DNA of 63,169 bases, filler included, from Chiloscyllium plagiosum (GCF_004010195.1; 4 parts of one record of this genome joined end to end with filler, not necessarily neighbours in it), one strand, 5' to 3'. Positions 38,880-52,900 are shown, counted from the whole stretch's first letter. Notes: generated by a model not told the origin, from the letters alone. Numbers and translations: made by a program.

Positions 38880-40015
38880 GTTGAGGGAGGAGAATAGAGG
38901 ACAGTGGGATGGAGGAGAATAGGGGACAATGTGATGGAGGTTGGGGCAGTGGGATGGAGGAGAATGGGGGCAGTGGGATGGATGAGAATAGTGGGTAGGG
39001 GAATGGAGGTTGGGGGCATAGAGTCACAGAGTCAGAGAGATGTACAACAGGGAAACAAACCCTTCGGTCCAACCTGTCCATGCTGACCAGCTGTCCCAAC
39101 CCAATCTAGTCCCACCTGCCAGCACCCGGCCCATATCCCTCCAAACCCTTCCTATTCATATACCCACCCAAATGCCTTTTAAATGTTGCAATTGTACTCA
39201 CCTCCACCACTTCCTCTGGCAGCTCATTCCATACACGTACCACCCTCTGTGTGAAAAGATTGCCCCTTCAGTCTCTTTTATATCTTTTCCCTCTCACCCT
39301 AAACCTATGCCCTCTGGTTCTGGACCTCCCCACCCCAGGGAAAAGACTTTGTCTATTTATCCTATCCATGCCCCTCATAATTTTGTAAACCTCTATAAGG
39401 TCACCCCTCAGCCTCCGACACTCCAGGGAAAACAGCCTCAGCCTGTTCAGCCTCTCCCTTTGGTTAAAATCCTCCAACCCTGGCAACATCCTCGTAAATC
39501 TTTTCTGAACCCGTTCAAGTTTCACAACATCTTTCTGATGGAAGGAGACCAGAATTGCACGCAATATTCCTACAAAAAAAAATACAGTAGGGGGCAGTGG
39601 GATGGAGGAGAATTGGGGGCAGTGGGATGGAGGTTGTAGCAATGGGATGGAGGACAATAGGGTCAGTTGGATGGAGGTTGGGGAAGTGAGTTGGAGGAGA
39701 ATAGAGGGCAATGGGATGGAGGAGAAGGGGGCAGTGGAATGGAGGTTAGGGGCAATGGGATTGTAGAGGTTGAGGGAGCAGTGGGCTGGACGTTGGGGAA
39801 GTGGGATGGAGGAGGGGATTGAAGGGGTAGTGGACTGGATGAGGTTTCGGGGTTACTGGGATGCAGGAGGTTTTGGTCAGTGGGATGGAGGAGAATGAGG
39901 GACAGTTTGAGGAAGTTGAAGGGCAGTGGGATGGAGGAGAATGAGGGACAGTTTGAGGAAGTTGAGGGAGCAGTGGGATGGAGGAGAATGAGGGACAGTT
40001 TGAGGAAGTTGAGGG
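38880..40015. repeat. G-rich degenerate minisatellite (GGGCAGTGGGATGGAGGAGAAT-like) interrupted by a minus-strand CR1 3' fragment (~39017-39570)
   Basis: Repeat units on both sides; ORF 39268..39711(-) contains LERVQKRFTRMLPGL. Confidence 0.8.
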
Positions 40016-40600
40016 CGAGAGAGATTGGCGGTTCAGCTTTGAACTCCTGATGCAAGCCTTCCAATCCCTTACATTCTCATACTCAGAGATACAGGCCAGC
40101 ATTACATTCACTTCCAATACTAAAGCAAAATACTGTGAGTTCTGAAAGTTGAATTGTGATCATGTGATCTAGCTGACCTGTTGAATTTTTCAGCATCTTT
40201 GGTGGCATTCTCTGTTCAGGCTATGTTTAATGATCTATTTACCTGAATCCTTAATTCTCTTTGGACCTTCACGGTTTATGGCTTTTCTTCATTGAGGAAG
40301 GCCCCTGTCTATTCTTTATAGGCCCATCCTCTACCTAACAATATGTCTTCCATTTACACTGCTGTCTATACCAGTGTTCCAATTAAGAAAACAGTTCTAA
40401 TGTTGATTGTTTATTTCCTTTCCAAGGCATATTTTCAAGGTGAGAGGAGAAAGATTTTTAAAAAATGAGGGGCAGTTTATACAGAGAATGGTTCATGTGC
40501 AGAATGAATTTCTAGAGGAAGTGTTGGATGTGGGTACAGTTACAACATTTAAAAGACATTAGGATAGGTGCATGAATAGGAAAGGTTTGGAGGGATATAG

Positions 40601-41004
40601 AAATGGAAATGTGTTGCTGGAAAAGCGCAGCAGGTCAGGCAGCATCTAGGGAACAGGAGAATCGACGTTTCGGGCATTAGCCCTTCTTCAGGAATCCCCG
40701 AAACGTCGATTCTCCTGTTCCCTAGATGCTGCCTGACCTGCTGCGCTTTTCCAGCAACACATTTCCATCTCTGATCTCCAGCATCTGCAGACCTCATTTT
40801 CTCTTCACCAGAGACCTTCTGCCTGTCAACAATTTTGTGATGGGCTCCCAGGTAGTTGAACAGCTTAGGGTGTGAATGCGATGGTCACAGTGGGCGGCAC
40901 GGTGGCCCAGTGGTTAGCACTGCTGCCTCACAGCGCCTGTAGACCCGGGTTCAATTCCCGACTCAGGCGACTGACTGTGTGGAGTTTGCACATTCACTTT
41001 CTCC
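40601..41004. mobile_element. Composite insertion: PLE fold-back + unique ~85 bp + SINE head + PLE end motif, inside a CR1 3' fragment (~40430-41125)
   Basis: 14-bp TSD TTGGAGGGATATAG (40587-40600, 41005-41018); palindrome ~40603-40768; SINE head with A/B boxes ~40892-40995. Confidence 0.8.
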
Positions 41005-43224
41005 TTGGAGGGATATAGGCCAAACACAGGCAGGTGAGACTAGTTTAGTTTGGGATTATGGTTGGCATGGACTAGTTGGACTGAATGGTCTGTTTCCGTG
41101 CTGTCTGACTTAATGACGCTATGGTTATAGTTACCTACTTTTGTGGCAGCATATAAACGCAAGTTGTTGTTAATCATTGTTCTGTATTGCCAGGTGGAAT
41201 GACAGTGTATTTAAGTGTTTGATCCTGTATCCTAAAAGTGTATATTAGAGAATAAGCGAGCAATTGCCTGGTTTATGTTGTGACCTTGGAGGAAATATTG
41301 CTGAAAAAGGACTATTTAACTGTCGATATAGTCAGCCATCCTATTATGTGAATCTTATTAATGTTGAGAGATCAGATCTCAGGAACATGCAGCACATAAC
41401 ATCAGTGAGTGAATGGATGTCTGAGAAAGAAAGAAATTCTCCTGTGGTAGCCTAATGTGCCCAAATTTTCAAAACATTAATCCGCCATGGGTTTTGGAGA
41501 AACTGGCCGTCATCTGTTCCACTGCTGAGCTCAAATGTGAGTGTGTGGCTGGGCTTCAGAATAAAGCAATTTCTGCATTTAGAGTCTCACATTTTGCAAA
41601 TGCTGTTTTACTTGCTGTAAATGGCAACTTCCTGGGCTGCGGGTGAATGGGACGCTTTAATGCAGAATGAAAGAAAAGGGGCAGGTTGTGTAAATAGGAG
41701 GCATGAAAAACGTTAATAATTGATGGTGAATGTATCCGGTCAGACTCTCTCCTCATTTCTATGGGCTACTATTATTCAGAAAGCTGTACACAGCGAGTCC
41801 CCTACCACCCACAAGTGAAGCTGTTCTGTGGGCCCCAGCAGGTATCTATGAAAGGGCTGTGTTTCATTGTGATACCATCCTGCAGCACATTCATTGCTAA
41901 CACATCACTGATCCACCCGGTGAATGAGATGACTAATTAACAATTCCTAAACACTACATTGTTAGGCTATCAATTATATCACAAACTCAGCAAAACCCTC
42001 CCCCTAATAATTGAGATCAGCATTCAAACCCAACACTATCCATTTGCACAGTTTTATGTATCTTGCACTAATCGCTAAAGTCAGATAAAGCACAAGGTTA
42101 ATGGTGAGGCCAGAATCTGTCCCTATGTAAAATCTGATAAGGACTCAGCACATTATTGTTCTATATCCCTATCTCCTGGTCAAGACGAGGCAGTGGGAGC
42201 AAGTCAATCTCAGATGCTGTTGTAATCCATCTCTTGGTGTAAGATATAAATGGTTCCTTTCACTTCCTATTCACATTTAAGTAAAGATGTAGTGGGGCCT
42301 TAGAATGTCCTGCAACAGCCCTCAGCTTAGCTTTTGTGCACCTGTCACTCCCTACACTAGATTTATAATGTCCAATTATAACTGTGGCCAGTTCAGCCTC
42401 TGCAATTACTCTCCAACTTCATTTTGATGGGGCTTGAATAGGCTATTCACGATTTTGATTGCAGATCTGAAACATTACACAAACCGTCTGTATTTGTTCT
42501 GTTGTCTCCCTTTGTTTCAGGGTCAGTGCTTAAGACATGAGTAACTCGCACAGTGACTGCTCACAATGGTATTCAATCGATGGCAGAAAACTTTCCCCGT
42601 TGAACAATTCTACCGAGGTGATGCTGTTATCCGGATGATTTCAGAAGGTAGCCACCTTACAGTGAAATACTTTCCATAACATGCAGCACTGAAAGCACAA
42701 CTCTCAGCCTTAATTAATTCATCAGCAAAATATGAGTGTCATTTCTGGTCCTGGGGAGCAAGCAGAGGTGGGATGTCCCTATCAGAAGCAGGCAGGGATT
42801 GCGTGTGGGTTTATCCCTGGTAAGGAATAATAAATCTGCAATATTGAGGGCTCTCTAATTTCCCCTATCAGGTAAAGCCAGTAATGGGTGGGATTGGGGT
42901 GACTATCACAGTTCCAAAAAAGAAAGCAACGTGTGCCAAACACCTTTTCCCACCTCATACACACTGAGTCTGTGCACCAGAGATAAGGCAGCAAATACTA
43001 TCTTGTCATTTGCACTGTCACAAAGAAGCAAGCTTCTACCATTCTCGAACCAGTGTCCCAGCTGAATGAGATGTAACATTGCAATTGCCCTGTTGACAAT
43101 TCTATAAGATTAGTAAATGGACAAAATTAGAATTCAAAAACATTGCTCTGTCCACACTTACATATTTCAGTAGTTTTTTGTTTGTTCATTTCTACGTAAC
43201 AATCCAGGGTTCTACAGAAAGCAT

Positions 43225-43908
43225 TCTCAATTCTGAGTCGGAATGCCACAAGTTCAATGCCAACTCCAGACACAGGAATCTAGGCTGACACTCCTAGTGC
43301 AGTGCGAAAAGAAAGCTGCACTGTCAGAGGGTCAGTGCTGAGGGAGTGCTGTACTGTCAGAGGGTCAGTATTGAGAGAGCACTGCACTGTTGGAGGGTCA
43401 GTACTGAGGGAGTGATGCAATGTCAGAGGGTCAATACTGAGGGAGTGCAGCACTGTCAGAGGGTCAGTGCTGAGAGAGCACTGCACTGTTGGAGGGTCAG
43501 TACTGAGGGAGTGCAGCACTGTCAGAGGGTCAGTAATGAGGGAGTGCTGCACTGTAAGGGGGTCAGTACTGATGGAGTGCTGCACTGTTGGAGGCTCAGT
43601 ACTGAGGAGTGCTGCACTGTCAGAGCGTCAGTACTGAGGGAGAGCTGCACTGTCAGAGGGTCAGTACAGAGGGAGGGGCTGCACTGTCAAAGGGTCAGTA
43701 CTGAGGGAGTGCTGCACTGTCAGAGGGTCAGTGCTGAGGGAGTGCTGCACAGAGGGTCAGTACTGAGGGAGTGCTGCACTGTCAGAGGATCAGTACTGAG
43801 GGAATGCCGCACTGTCAGAGGGTCAGTGCTGAGGGAGGGCTGCACTGTCAGAGGGACAATATTGAGGGAGTGTTGCACTGTAAGGGGGTCAGTGCTGAGG
43901 GAGTGCTG
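43225..43908 (+). repeat. 30-bp minisatellite array (~43316-43908) preceded by a Deu-type (SacSINE1-like) SINE head
   Basis: Unit CAGTACTGAGGGAGTGCTGCACTGTCAGAGGGT-type; upstream CTGAGTCGGAA..GTTCAATGCC..CTAGGCTGACACTCC head. Family name recalled, not searched. Confidence 0.8.
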
Positions 43909-44829
43909 CGGTGAAAGATTTTTCTATCAATCCATCACAGCACCTGGCTGTTTTTTTTCCTGTGAGACATTTTCTTTTTTGAAGGTGGTAACATCAACAT
44001 CATTGCCAGCGTGGAAGGACATTGCAATGTTGACATGTTCTTTGGATTTGTGATAAATCATTGAAGATATTCTGAACATGTCACCAAATAAATTGAGAGT
44101 ATCTGAACAATTGAAGCAATAGCATTCCAGGTGATCTTAATTTGTCTCTTTATGTATAGCAACCAGATCCAGCAAGGCGCAGGCCTTCTTCAAAGAAGCT
44201 GCTGATGTCCAACGTCATCTGACATGGACACTGTAAATTTCCTCAAGCATCCTTGTTCAAATACAATGTGGAAGCTCAGGGTTCACCTATGGACTCTATT
44301 GTTTGAATATTGCCTCGTGAAAGTTGGTTCTCCCAAATGACTGTGATTGCAGTCTAACAGCTATAGGTCGACATATTCATCCAATTAATCAAGCCATTGC
44401 AAAAACACGACACAAAGGTAGGCTACAATGTTGTGTTCAAGTTAAATATCAGCAGGTTGGAATGGGTTTCTCATTGCATTCTCAACTTGTGTGATATTAA
44501 TCCTCTGATATCTCCCAATGTCACTGATCTTTCCACGTTAACATGCAGACCAATATATCTGTTACTAACCAATGGCAAACAAGTTTCTGCAAATTTTCAC
44601 CAGATGTTTCACTGATCAATTTTTTTTTCAAACTCAGGCAGCGTGGAGTTTCTTGGACGTTGAAGTCAAACATTCAAATACAGAAAAATGAAGTCACTCA
44701 AATGTCACTCTCACACTTTGAACCAAACAAAGTGGAACGTATTCTATTCCATCAGCAGAATGATGTTGTGTTCATATCACGTTCACAATTAACGATGTCA
44801 CAAAGCACTGCGTAACCGCTTAGATTCTT

Positions 44830-46390
44830 TAAAATTGTTGTAATAAAGGACATTTGAAACTTTATTGCTGGAACAGCACAGCAGGTCAGGCAGCATCCAG
44901 GGGTGCCCATGGCTACTCCTTTTGTTTGGAGAAAGTGGGAGGATTGGAAAGAAAAGGACATACATAGTCAAGTCACACACAGCATATTCCCACAAACAAC
45001 CACGACATAACAACCAGATCATCTGTTGTTGGCTGACAAATAAATATTGATCAAAAACTGAGAGGAGCACACTGACATTCATCAGATAAGCTCAATGGAT
45101 CCTGTAAGGCCATTGGAGCAAACAAAGGCCTCAGTTTAACATCTAAAAGTCAGCACTCATTCAATACTGCCAATGCAGTGTTCCCTCAGTACTGACAGTC
45201 TGACAGTGCAGCACTCCCTCAATACTGATCCTCTGACAGTACAGCACTCCCTCAGTACTGATCCTCTGACAGTGCAGCATTCACTCAGTACGGACCATCT
45301 GGCGTTGCAGCACTCAACCAGCACTGAATCTCTGACAGTGCAGCACTCCCTCAGCAGTAACCCTCTGACAGTGCAGCACTCCCTTAGTACTGATCCTCTG
45401 ACAGTGCAGCACTCACTCAGTACAGACCCTCTGATGTTGCAGCACTCACTCAGCACTGACCCTCTGACAGTGCAGCACTCCCTCAATACTGTCCCTCTTT
45501 CAGTGCAGCACTCACTCAGTACTGACCCTCTGACAGTGCTGCATTCCCTCAGTAATGACCCTCTGACAGTGCAGAACTCATTCGGTACAGACCCTCTGAT
45601 GTTGCAGCACTCACTCAATACTGTCCCTCTGACAATGCAGCACTCCCTCAGTACTGACCCTCTGACAGCACAGCACTCCCTCAGCACTGACCCTCTGACA
45701 GTGCAGTGCTCCCTCTGTACTGACCCTCTAACTGTGCAGCACTCCGTCAGCACTGACCCTCTGACAGTGCACACTTCCTCAGTACTGTCCCTCTGACAGT
45801 GCAGCCCTCCCTCTGTACTGACCCTCTGACAGTGCAGCCCTACTGCAGTACTGACCCTCTGACAGTGCAGCACTCCCTCAGTACTGACCCTCTGACAGTG
45901 CAGCACTCCCTCAGTACTGACTTCTTGACACTGCAGCACTCCCTCAGTACTGACCCTCTGACAGTGCAGCACTCTCTCAGTACTGACCCTCTGACAGTGC
46001 AGCACTCCCTCAGTACTGATTCTCTGACAGTGCGGCATTCCCTCAGTACTGACCCTCTGACAGTGCAGCACTCCCTCAGTACGGACCCTCTGACAGTGCA
46101 GCATTCCCTCAGTACTGACCCTCTGACACTGCAGCACTCCCTCAGTACTGACCCTCTGACAGTGCAGCACTCCCTCAGTACTGATTCTCTGACAGTGTAG
46201 CACTCTCTCAGTATTGGCCATCTGACAGTGCAGCACTCCCTCAGTACTGACCCTCTGACAGCGCAGCACTCCCTCAGTACTGATTCTCTGACAGTGCTGC
46301 GCTGCCTCAGTATTGCATTTTGAGTTTCAGACTAGACTCCGTACTCAAATTTCTCCATTGGGATTTGAACCCACTACCTTCCTACTGCCA
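44830..46390 (-). repeat. 30-bp minisatellite array (~45170-46312) inside a minus-strand SINE
   Basis: Unit CAGTGCAGCACTCCCTCAGTACTGACCCTCTGA-type; B-box-like GGATTTGAACCC at 46361-46372; SINE-body-like GGCCTCAGTTTAACATCT near 45127; short PLE fragment at ~44865-44958. Confidence 0.8.
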
Positions 46391-47574
46391 AGGGTTTGGT
46401 CATGTGCGTTGTAGATAACCAAACGTGAACAAACAAATGCAGACCACTTTCGCTTCTGGGGAATCTAGATTTGAATTGACCGGGTGTAGCGTGACTGTGA
46501 CCTCTATCATGTGTGACATCGCCCTGAGCTGAGGCAACAATGACAAAGCAGTGGTCAGTGATTTAGTGGTAGAGAGTATACGGACGTGGACACCTTATTT
46601 TCCCCATCATTGTGTTTTGTTGGTACATATATTCCTGCATTAGATTGCTAGTTAGGAGCACTGCTGCCCTGGGCTCTGTCACATCCAAGGATCTGAGTGA
46701 CACTATCATTTATTATTACATCCAAGACATTGTATAGAGATGTCCATCAAAGTCACAACTGGTCTCAGCTCGAAGATGCAATGTACTTCAATCAGCTTCC
46801 GCCTTGGACCCCCTGCAGTTGGGAAGTACACAGGCATATTAGCGGGAGGGCTGGAGAAGTAATTTACAATGTAATAAAGGAGGAGTTGGGCCTTAACCTT
46901 CCCCGCACTGTTTTATTCAGAAGATTTTTTTTTTAAAAATTAGGTTACAGCCGTCAGTCTCTTGATGTGTGGTCCTGGAATCTCTGGGCCAAACCCCCCA
47001 CAAGAAGCTCAATTAATGAGGATGTTACCTATTACAAGAGACGGGCCAGAGTGAGGACAGACAGGTGGCCATCCACTTGAAGAATAGTTTGAGAAAGGCG
47101 GCTTTTAAACACACTGTTCCTCCCAGGCTAAACAATCTCCGAGCTGGAGAATTGTGAATAGCGCTGTCACACAGAGAGAATGGATTCTTATTCAATTGGT
47201 AAAGAAAGACTTAAACTGCTGAAAATAACCCATACTAGGACAGCAGCAGGGCGTGTGACGTTGGAACAGCTTGTTAAATTCCGGACACAAGCTGCTGAAA
47301 GCCATCCTGCTTTACAGGGAAGAAGAACCTGTCATTTGTAAATCACAAGTGATTTACAGAGAGTACTGTGTCATAACAACAGATTTCTTTTTTTTTAAAA
47401 CACACTCTGGGCAGCACATTTGGTCTCCTTTTCTGCTTTTCCCAAACGGAGTCTCATTTCCAATGCCTGAGGTTAGTGGGGAGTTTGGAAGCTCAGTGTC
47501 CAGGAGTGCAGGGAAGGGTCCTCCAGCATTTACTCTGGAACAACTGACTCGCCTATAACTCATTCTCTATGATA

Positions 47575-47789
47575 CAGTCAGTTCTGCTATAACACTGCAG
47601 TTCCAATCTCACCCCATCCCATATAAGAAAATCGTGTAAAGCAGCACCATTTAAACTAATGGGGCCAGAATCGCATTATAATCAATACATGCTTTAAAAC
47701 TTTGTGCTTTAGAAACAGTGTCCCCAATTCATCAATTGTTTTACAGCGAATTTGTGTTAACAAAATGCACGTTATAGCAGAATGACCCG
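47575..47789. mobile_element. TA-flanked MITE (Tigger/MER6-like)
   Basis: TIRs CAGTCAGTTCTGCTATAAC / GTTATAGCAGAATGACCCG; TA both sides. Confidence 0.75.
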
Positions 47790-48014
47790 TACTAATTCCC
47801 ACCTGAATAGGTCCCATCACCTCCCCACCTTGAGTAAGGCAAAATAAAACAAAATTGGCAAAACAAAATTCAAAGGCCACTCCTCTTGAACACTTCAAAA
47901 TGGAGGCTCTGGATAACCTGTATGTACGTTTCCAAGAATTTTTTGTTTTCATTAATTTTCTGCTTTCATAAACAAAACAGTTTGGAATTTACAGATGGAG
48001 GAAACTCTGAAACA

Positions 48015-48320
48015 GGGTCACTGAACTCGAAACGTTTCACTCTCCATAGATGTTGGCAGACCTGCTGAGACTCCCCCAGAGACAAAAAAAAACTGCAGAT
48101 GCTGGAACCCAAGTAGACAGGCAGGAGGCTGGAAGGGCACAGCAAGCCAGGCAGCATCAGGAAGTGGGGAAGTCAACGTTTTGTCTGTTCCCTATCTTCA
48201 AGACTTGGGGGTGGGTGTACTGGGAGTTGCAGAGAAAGGGCGAGTTGCGGTTTGGATTGGGACGGGCTGGATGATGAGGTAGGGAATAGGTGAACAAAGA
48301 TGGAGGGTCTGTAGGAGCGG
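48015..48320. mobile_element. Two decayed PLE terminal fragments in opposite orientation
   Basis: CTGAAACAGGGTCACTGAACTCGAAACGTT (degenerate core) then CTGCAGATGCTGGAA..GGCAGCATC..GTCAACGTTTTG. Confidence 0.5.
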
Positions 48321-48409
48321 GTTTGTTGAGGTCAAAGACTCTCCAGCAATTTCTGTTTTTGTTTGCTAAAAGGAAATTCTTCACTGCTATAACAACTCCT
48401 AGAATAGAA

Positions 48410-48760
48410 TCATCAAAGAATCCCTATCGTGTGGAAACAGGCCATTCGGCCCAACAAGTCCACACTGACCCTTTGAAGCGTATCCCACCCAGACCCATTC
48501 CCCAAACCTATTACTTTTATATTCCCCCTGAATGATGCATCTAACCTGCACATCCCTGAACACTATGGGGCAATTTCCCATGGATAATCCACCTAACTTG
48601 CACATCTTTGGACTGTGGGAGGAAACTGGAGCATCTGGAGGAAGCCCGTGCAGACACAGGGAGAATGTGCAAACTCCACATAAACAGTCGCCCGATGCTG
48701 GAATCGAACCTGGGTCCCTGGCGCTGTGAGGCAGCAGTGCTAACCACTGAGCCACCGTGC
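48410..48760 (-). mobile_element. Full-length HE1-like tRNA SINE with CR1-like tail
   Basis: Minus: GCACGGTGGCTCAGTGGTTAGC..GGTTCGATTCC head; tail TTGGGCCGAATGGCCTGTTTCC. Confidence 0.85.
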
Positions 48761-49967
48761 TGCAAATGTATTTTTCCCATTAATTTACAGCAAGCAGATG
48801 AAGGAATAGAGGAGCAGGAGGAATCTATTCCACTTCTCAAACCTGATAATCAGATTACGTTTGATCTGTTAAACTCCACTAGCCTGTCTTGGTTCTAGAA
48901 TCCCTCAGTCCCTCACAAGGAGAAAATCTACCCCAATCTCCATTTGCAAAATTTCAACTGGGCACCAACCACCGCAGTGTTTCGGAGGAAAAGGATTTCA
49001 GATTTTCACCCTTATCTGGTTAATAGCTGGAACTCAGGAAAATGACACAGTAAGTAACAATGAAAACCTCCAGCACCTTCAAATCTTTCAATTGTTCTCA
49101 GGAACAGGAGCTGAAAACCAAAACAAAAGGTTACTTTTCTTTGACAAGTAATTCCAGGATTTATTTTCTTTCACTAATGACTGTAAAACATCGTTTCACA
49201 AAACAGGCAGAAAATAAAGATGTTACAAATACAGTAAATGTCATATAAGATCAAACCATTTCCCTTCGAGCTGGAGGTGGAGTGTAAATGGCCATTGTAC
49301 ATTTGCACAAAATCAAACAAATTTACCAGAAAATATGATCATTCGTTTTCCATTCAGAACCTGCCGCAGAACAGATAATTGGAACATCCTATCCGGTCGG
49401 CATGGACAGGTTGGACCGAAGGGTCTGTTTCCATGCTGTACGTCTCTATGACTCTATGACTGCTTCCTCAGAAGATAGGATTCCCAGGGCAGGCAGGTGA
49501 CATTCACTGCCTGTTTTTCCAGGAATCAGGAACAGCACAAATCTTCCAATCAAGCTTCCACCACACAACTGCCATTTGGACACAGACACTGTTCAGAAGC
49601 ACTGACAGTTTCAATACCAGAGTGGGACAGTGACAGATTTCAGGCTGATGACATGACAGTGGATGGAACATGTTGGAAAAGGACCAGACAGTCCTACTCA
49701 GTACACAAGGCGTTAATTTCCCTTGATGAGAATCACTGGAAGGTGCTCTTCCCATTGCAGTTGGCAGCTGTAGAGTAAATATTTTCCAATTGACCAGCTC
49801 AGGCGTCTTATGACATAGCTCTGGAGTATGTGGCACATGAACGCAGGTCTCTTGGTGCAGAGACAGGGATGCAGTCTAATGTTCACACAGTCACCTTTAA
49901 CACATGCCCAATCAGGAAGACAAAATTTGTGTTTAATGACTCATTCTAATGATTGCAGCGTACAAAT

Positions 49968-52900
49968 TGCAGCATTCCCTCAGTACTGACCCACTGACAG
50001 TGCTGCACTCCCTCAGCACTGACCCTCTGACAGTGCAGCAAAACCTCAGCACTGACCCTCTAACATTGCAAAGCTCTCTCATTACAAACACACTGATAGT
50101 ATGGCATTCCCTCAGTTCTGACAGTGTGGCACTCCCTCAGTACTGAGCCTCTGACAGTGCACCACTCCCTCAGCACTGACCCTGTGACAGTGCAGCACTC
50201 CCACAGTACTGACCCTCTGACGGTGTAGCGCTTCCTCAGCACTGACCCTCTAGCAGTGTGGCACTCCCTCAGCACTGACCCTCTGACAGTGTGGCACTCC
50301 CTCAGTACTGACTCTAACAGTGCGAAGCACTCTCATTACAGACAGACTGACAGTGCGGCATTCCCTCAGTATTGACGCTCTGACAGTGCAGCACTCTCTC
50401 AGTACTGACACTGCAACACTCCCTCAGCACTGACCCTCTGACAGTGTGGCACTCCCTCAGCACTGACCCTCTGACAATGTGGCATTCCCTCAGCACTGAC
50501 CCTCTGACAGTGCACCACTTCCTCAGCACTGACCCTTTCACAGTGCGGCGCTCTCTCAGTACAGACATACTGACAATGCGGCATTCCCTCAGTACTGACC
50601 CTCTAACAGTGCAGCATTCACTCAGCACAGAGCCTGTGACAATGCAGCATTCCCTCTGCACTGAGCCTCTGACAGTGCGGTGCTCCCTCTGCACTGACCC
50701 TCTGACAGTGCGGAGCTCCCTCAGTGCTGACCTTCTGACAGTGCAGCACTCCCTCAGTACTGACCCCCTGACAGTGCAGCACTCCCTCTGCACTGACCCT
50801 CTGACATGGCAGCGCTCCCCCTGCACTGACCCTCTGGCAGTGCGGAGCTCCCTCAGTACGGACCTTCTGACAGTGCGGCACTCCCTCAAAGCAGACCCTG
50901 TGACAATGCAGTGCTCCGTCAGCATTGACACTCTGACAGTGCAATGCTCCCTCAATACTGACATTCCGACAGTTCAGCGCTCCCTCAACATGGACCCTGT
51001 GACAATGCAGCACTCCCTCAGTACTGACCCTCTGACAGTGTGGCACTCCCTCAGCACTGAACCTCTGACAGTGCGGCGTTTCTCAGTACTCACCCTCGCA
51101 TAGTGCAGCATTCCCTCAGTACTGACCCTCTGACAATGCAGCACTCCCTCAGTACTGACCCTCTGACAGTGCAGCACACCCTCAGTACTGACCCTTTAAC
51201 AGTGCGAAGCTCTCACATTACAGACACACTGATAGTACGGCATTCCCTCAGTACTGACGCTCTGACAGTGCAGCAACTACTCTGCACTGACCCTCTGCAT
51301 GTGCAGCACTCGCTCAGTACTGACCCTCTAACAGTTCAGCACTTCCTCAGCACTGACCCTTTGACAGTGTGGCACTCCCTCAGCATTGACCCTCTGACAG
51401 TGCAGCACTCCCTCAGTACTCACCCTGAGACAGTGCAGCACTCCCACAGTGCTGACCCTCTGACAGTGTGGCGCTCCCTCAGTACTGACCCTCTGACAGT
51501 GCAGTATCCCCTCAGTACTGACACTCTGACAGTGCAGCACTCCCTCTGCACTCAACCTCTGACATGGCAGCGCTCCCCCTGCACTGACCGTCTGGCAGTG
51601 CGGAGCTCCCTCAGTACGGACCTTCTGACAGTGCGGCACTCCCTCAAAGCAGACCCTGTGACAATGCAGCACTCCCTCAGTAATGACCCTGTGACAGTGT
51701 GGCACTCCCTCAGCACTGACCCTCTGACAGTGCAGCACTCCCACAGTACTGACCCTCTGACAGTGTGGCACTCCCTCAGCTCTGAGCCTCTGACAGTGCA
51801 GCATTCCCTCAGTACTGACTCTGTGACAGTGCTACACTCCCACATTACACACACTCTGACAGTGTGGCATTTCCTCAGTACTGACCCTCTAACAGTGTGG
51901 CACTCCCTCAGCACTGACCCTCTGACAGTGCAGCGCTCTCCCAATACTGACCCTCTGACATTTCGAAGCTCTCTCATTACAGACACACTGACAGTGCAGC
52001 ATACCCTCAGTACTGACCGTGTGACAGTGCAGCACTCCCTCATTACTGACCCTCTGACAGTGTGGCACTCCCTCAGCACTGACCCTCTGACAGTGCAGCA
52101 CTCCCTCATTACTGACCCTCTGACAGTGTGGCGCTTCCTCAGCACTGACCCTCTGAGAGTGTGGCACACCCTCAGTACTGACCCTCCGACAGTGCAGCAC
52201 GCCCTCAGCACTGACCCTCTGACAGTGTGGCACTACCTCAGCACTATCCCTCTGACAGTGCAGCACTCCCTCAGTACTGACCCCGTGACAGTGCAGCACT
52301 CCCACAGTACTGACCCTCTGACAGTGTGGCGCTTCCTCAGCACTGACCCTCTAACAGTGTGGCACTCCCTCAGCACTGACCCTCTGACAGTGCAGCACTC
52401 TCCCAGTACTGACCCTCTGACAGTTCGAAGCTCTCTCATTACAGACACACTGACAGTGCAGGACTCCCTCAGTACTGACCGTGTGACAGTGCAGCACTCC
52501 CTCATTACTGATCCTCTGACAGTGTGGCGCTTCCTCAGCACTGATCCTCTGAGAGTGTGGCACTCCCTCAGCTCTGACCCTCTGATAGTGTGGCACTCCC
52601 TCAGCACTGACCCTCTGACAGTGTGGCAATACCTCAGCACTGAACCTCTGACAGTGCTGCACTCCCTCAGTACTGACACTCTGACAGTGCAGCACTCCCT
52701 CAGCACTGATCCTCTGACAGTGCAGCATACCCGCAGTACTGACTGTTTGACAGTGCAGCACTCCCTCATTACTGACCCTCTGACAGTGTGGCACTCCCTC
52801 AGTACTGACACTCTGACAGTGCAGCACTCCCTCAGTACTGACACTCAGACAGTGCAGCACTCCCTCAGCACTGATCCTCTGACAGTGTGGCACTCCCTCA

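Noticed and set aside
42521..42617. Strong acceptor followed by a short ATG-initiated frame (MSNSHSDCSQW..)
   Set aside because: All three frames from the acceptor stop early; no recognisable homology.
44160..44236. Possible terminal exon (QPDPARRRPSSKKLLMSNVI*)
   Set aside because: No linking exons or family motif; could be chance.
48690..48760. tRNA-like A/B boxes here and at ~15085, ~32970, ~40892
   Set aside because: SINE heads; no complete cloverleaf.
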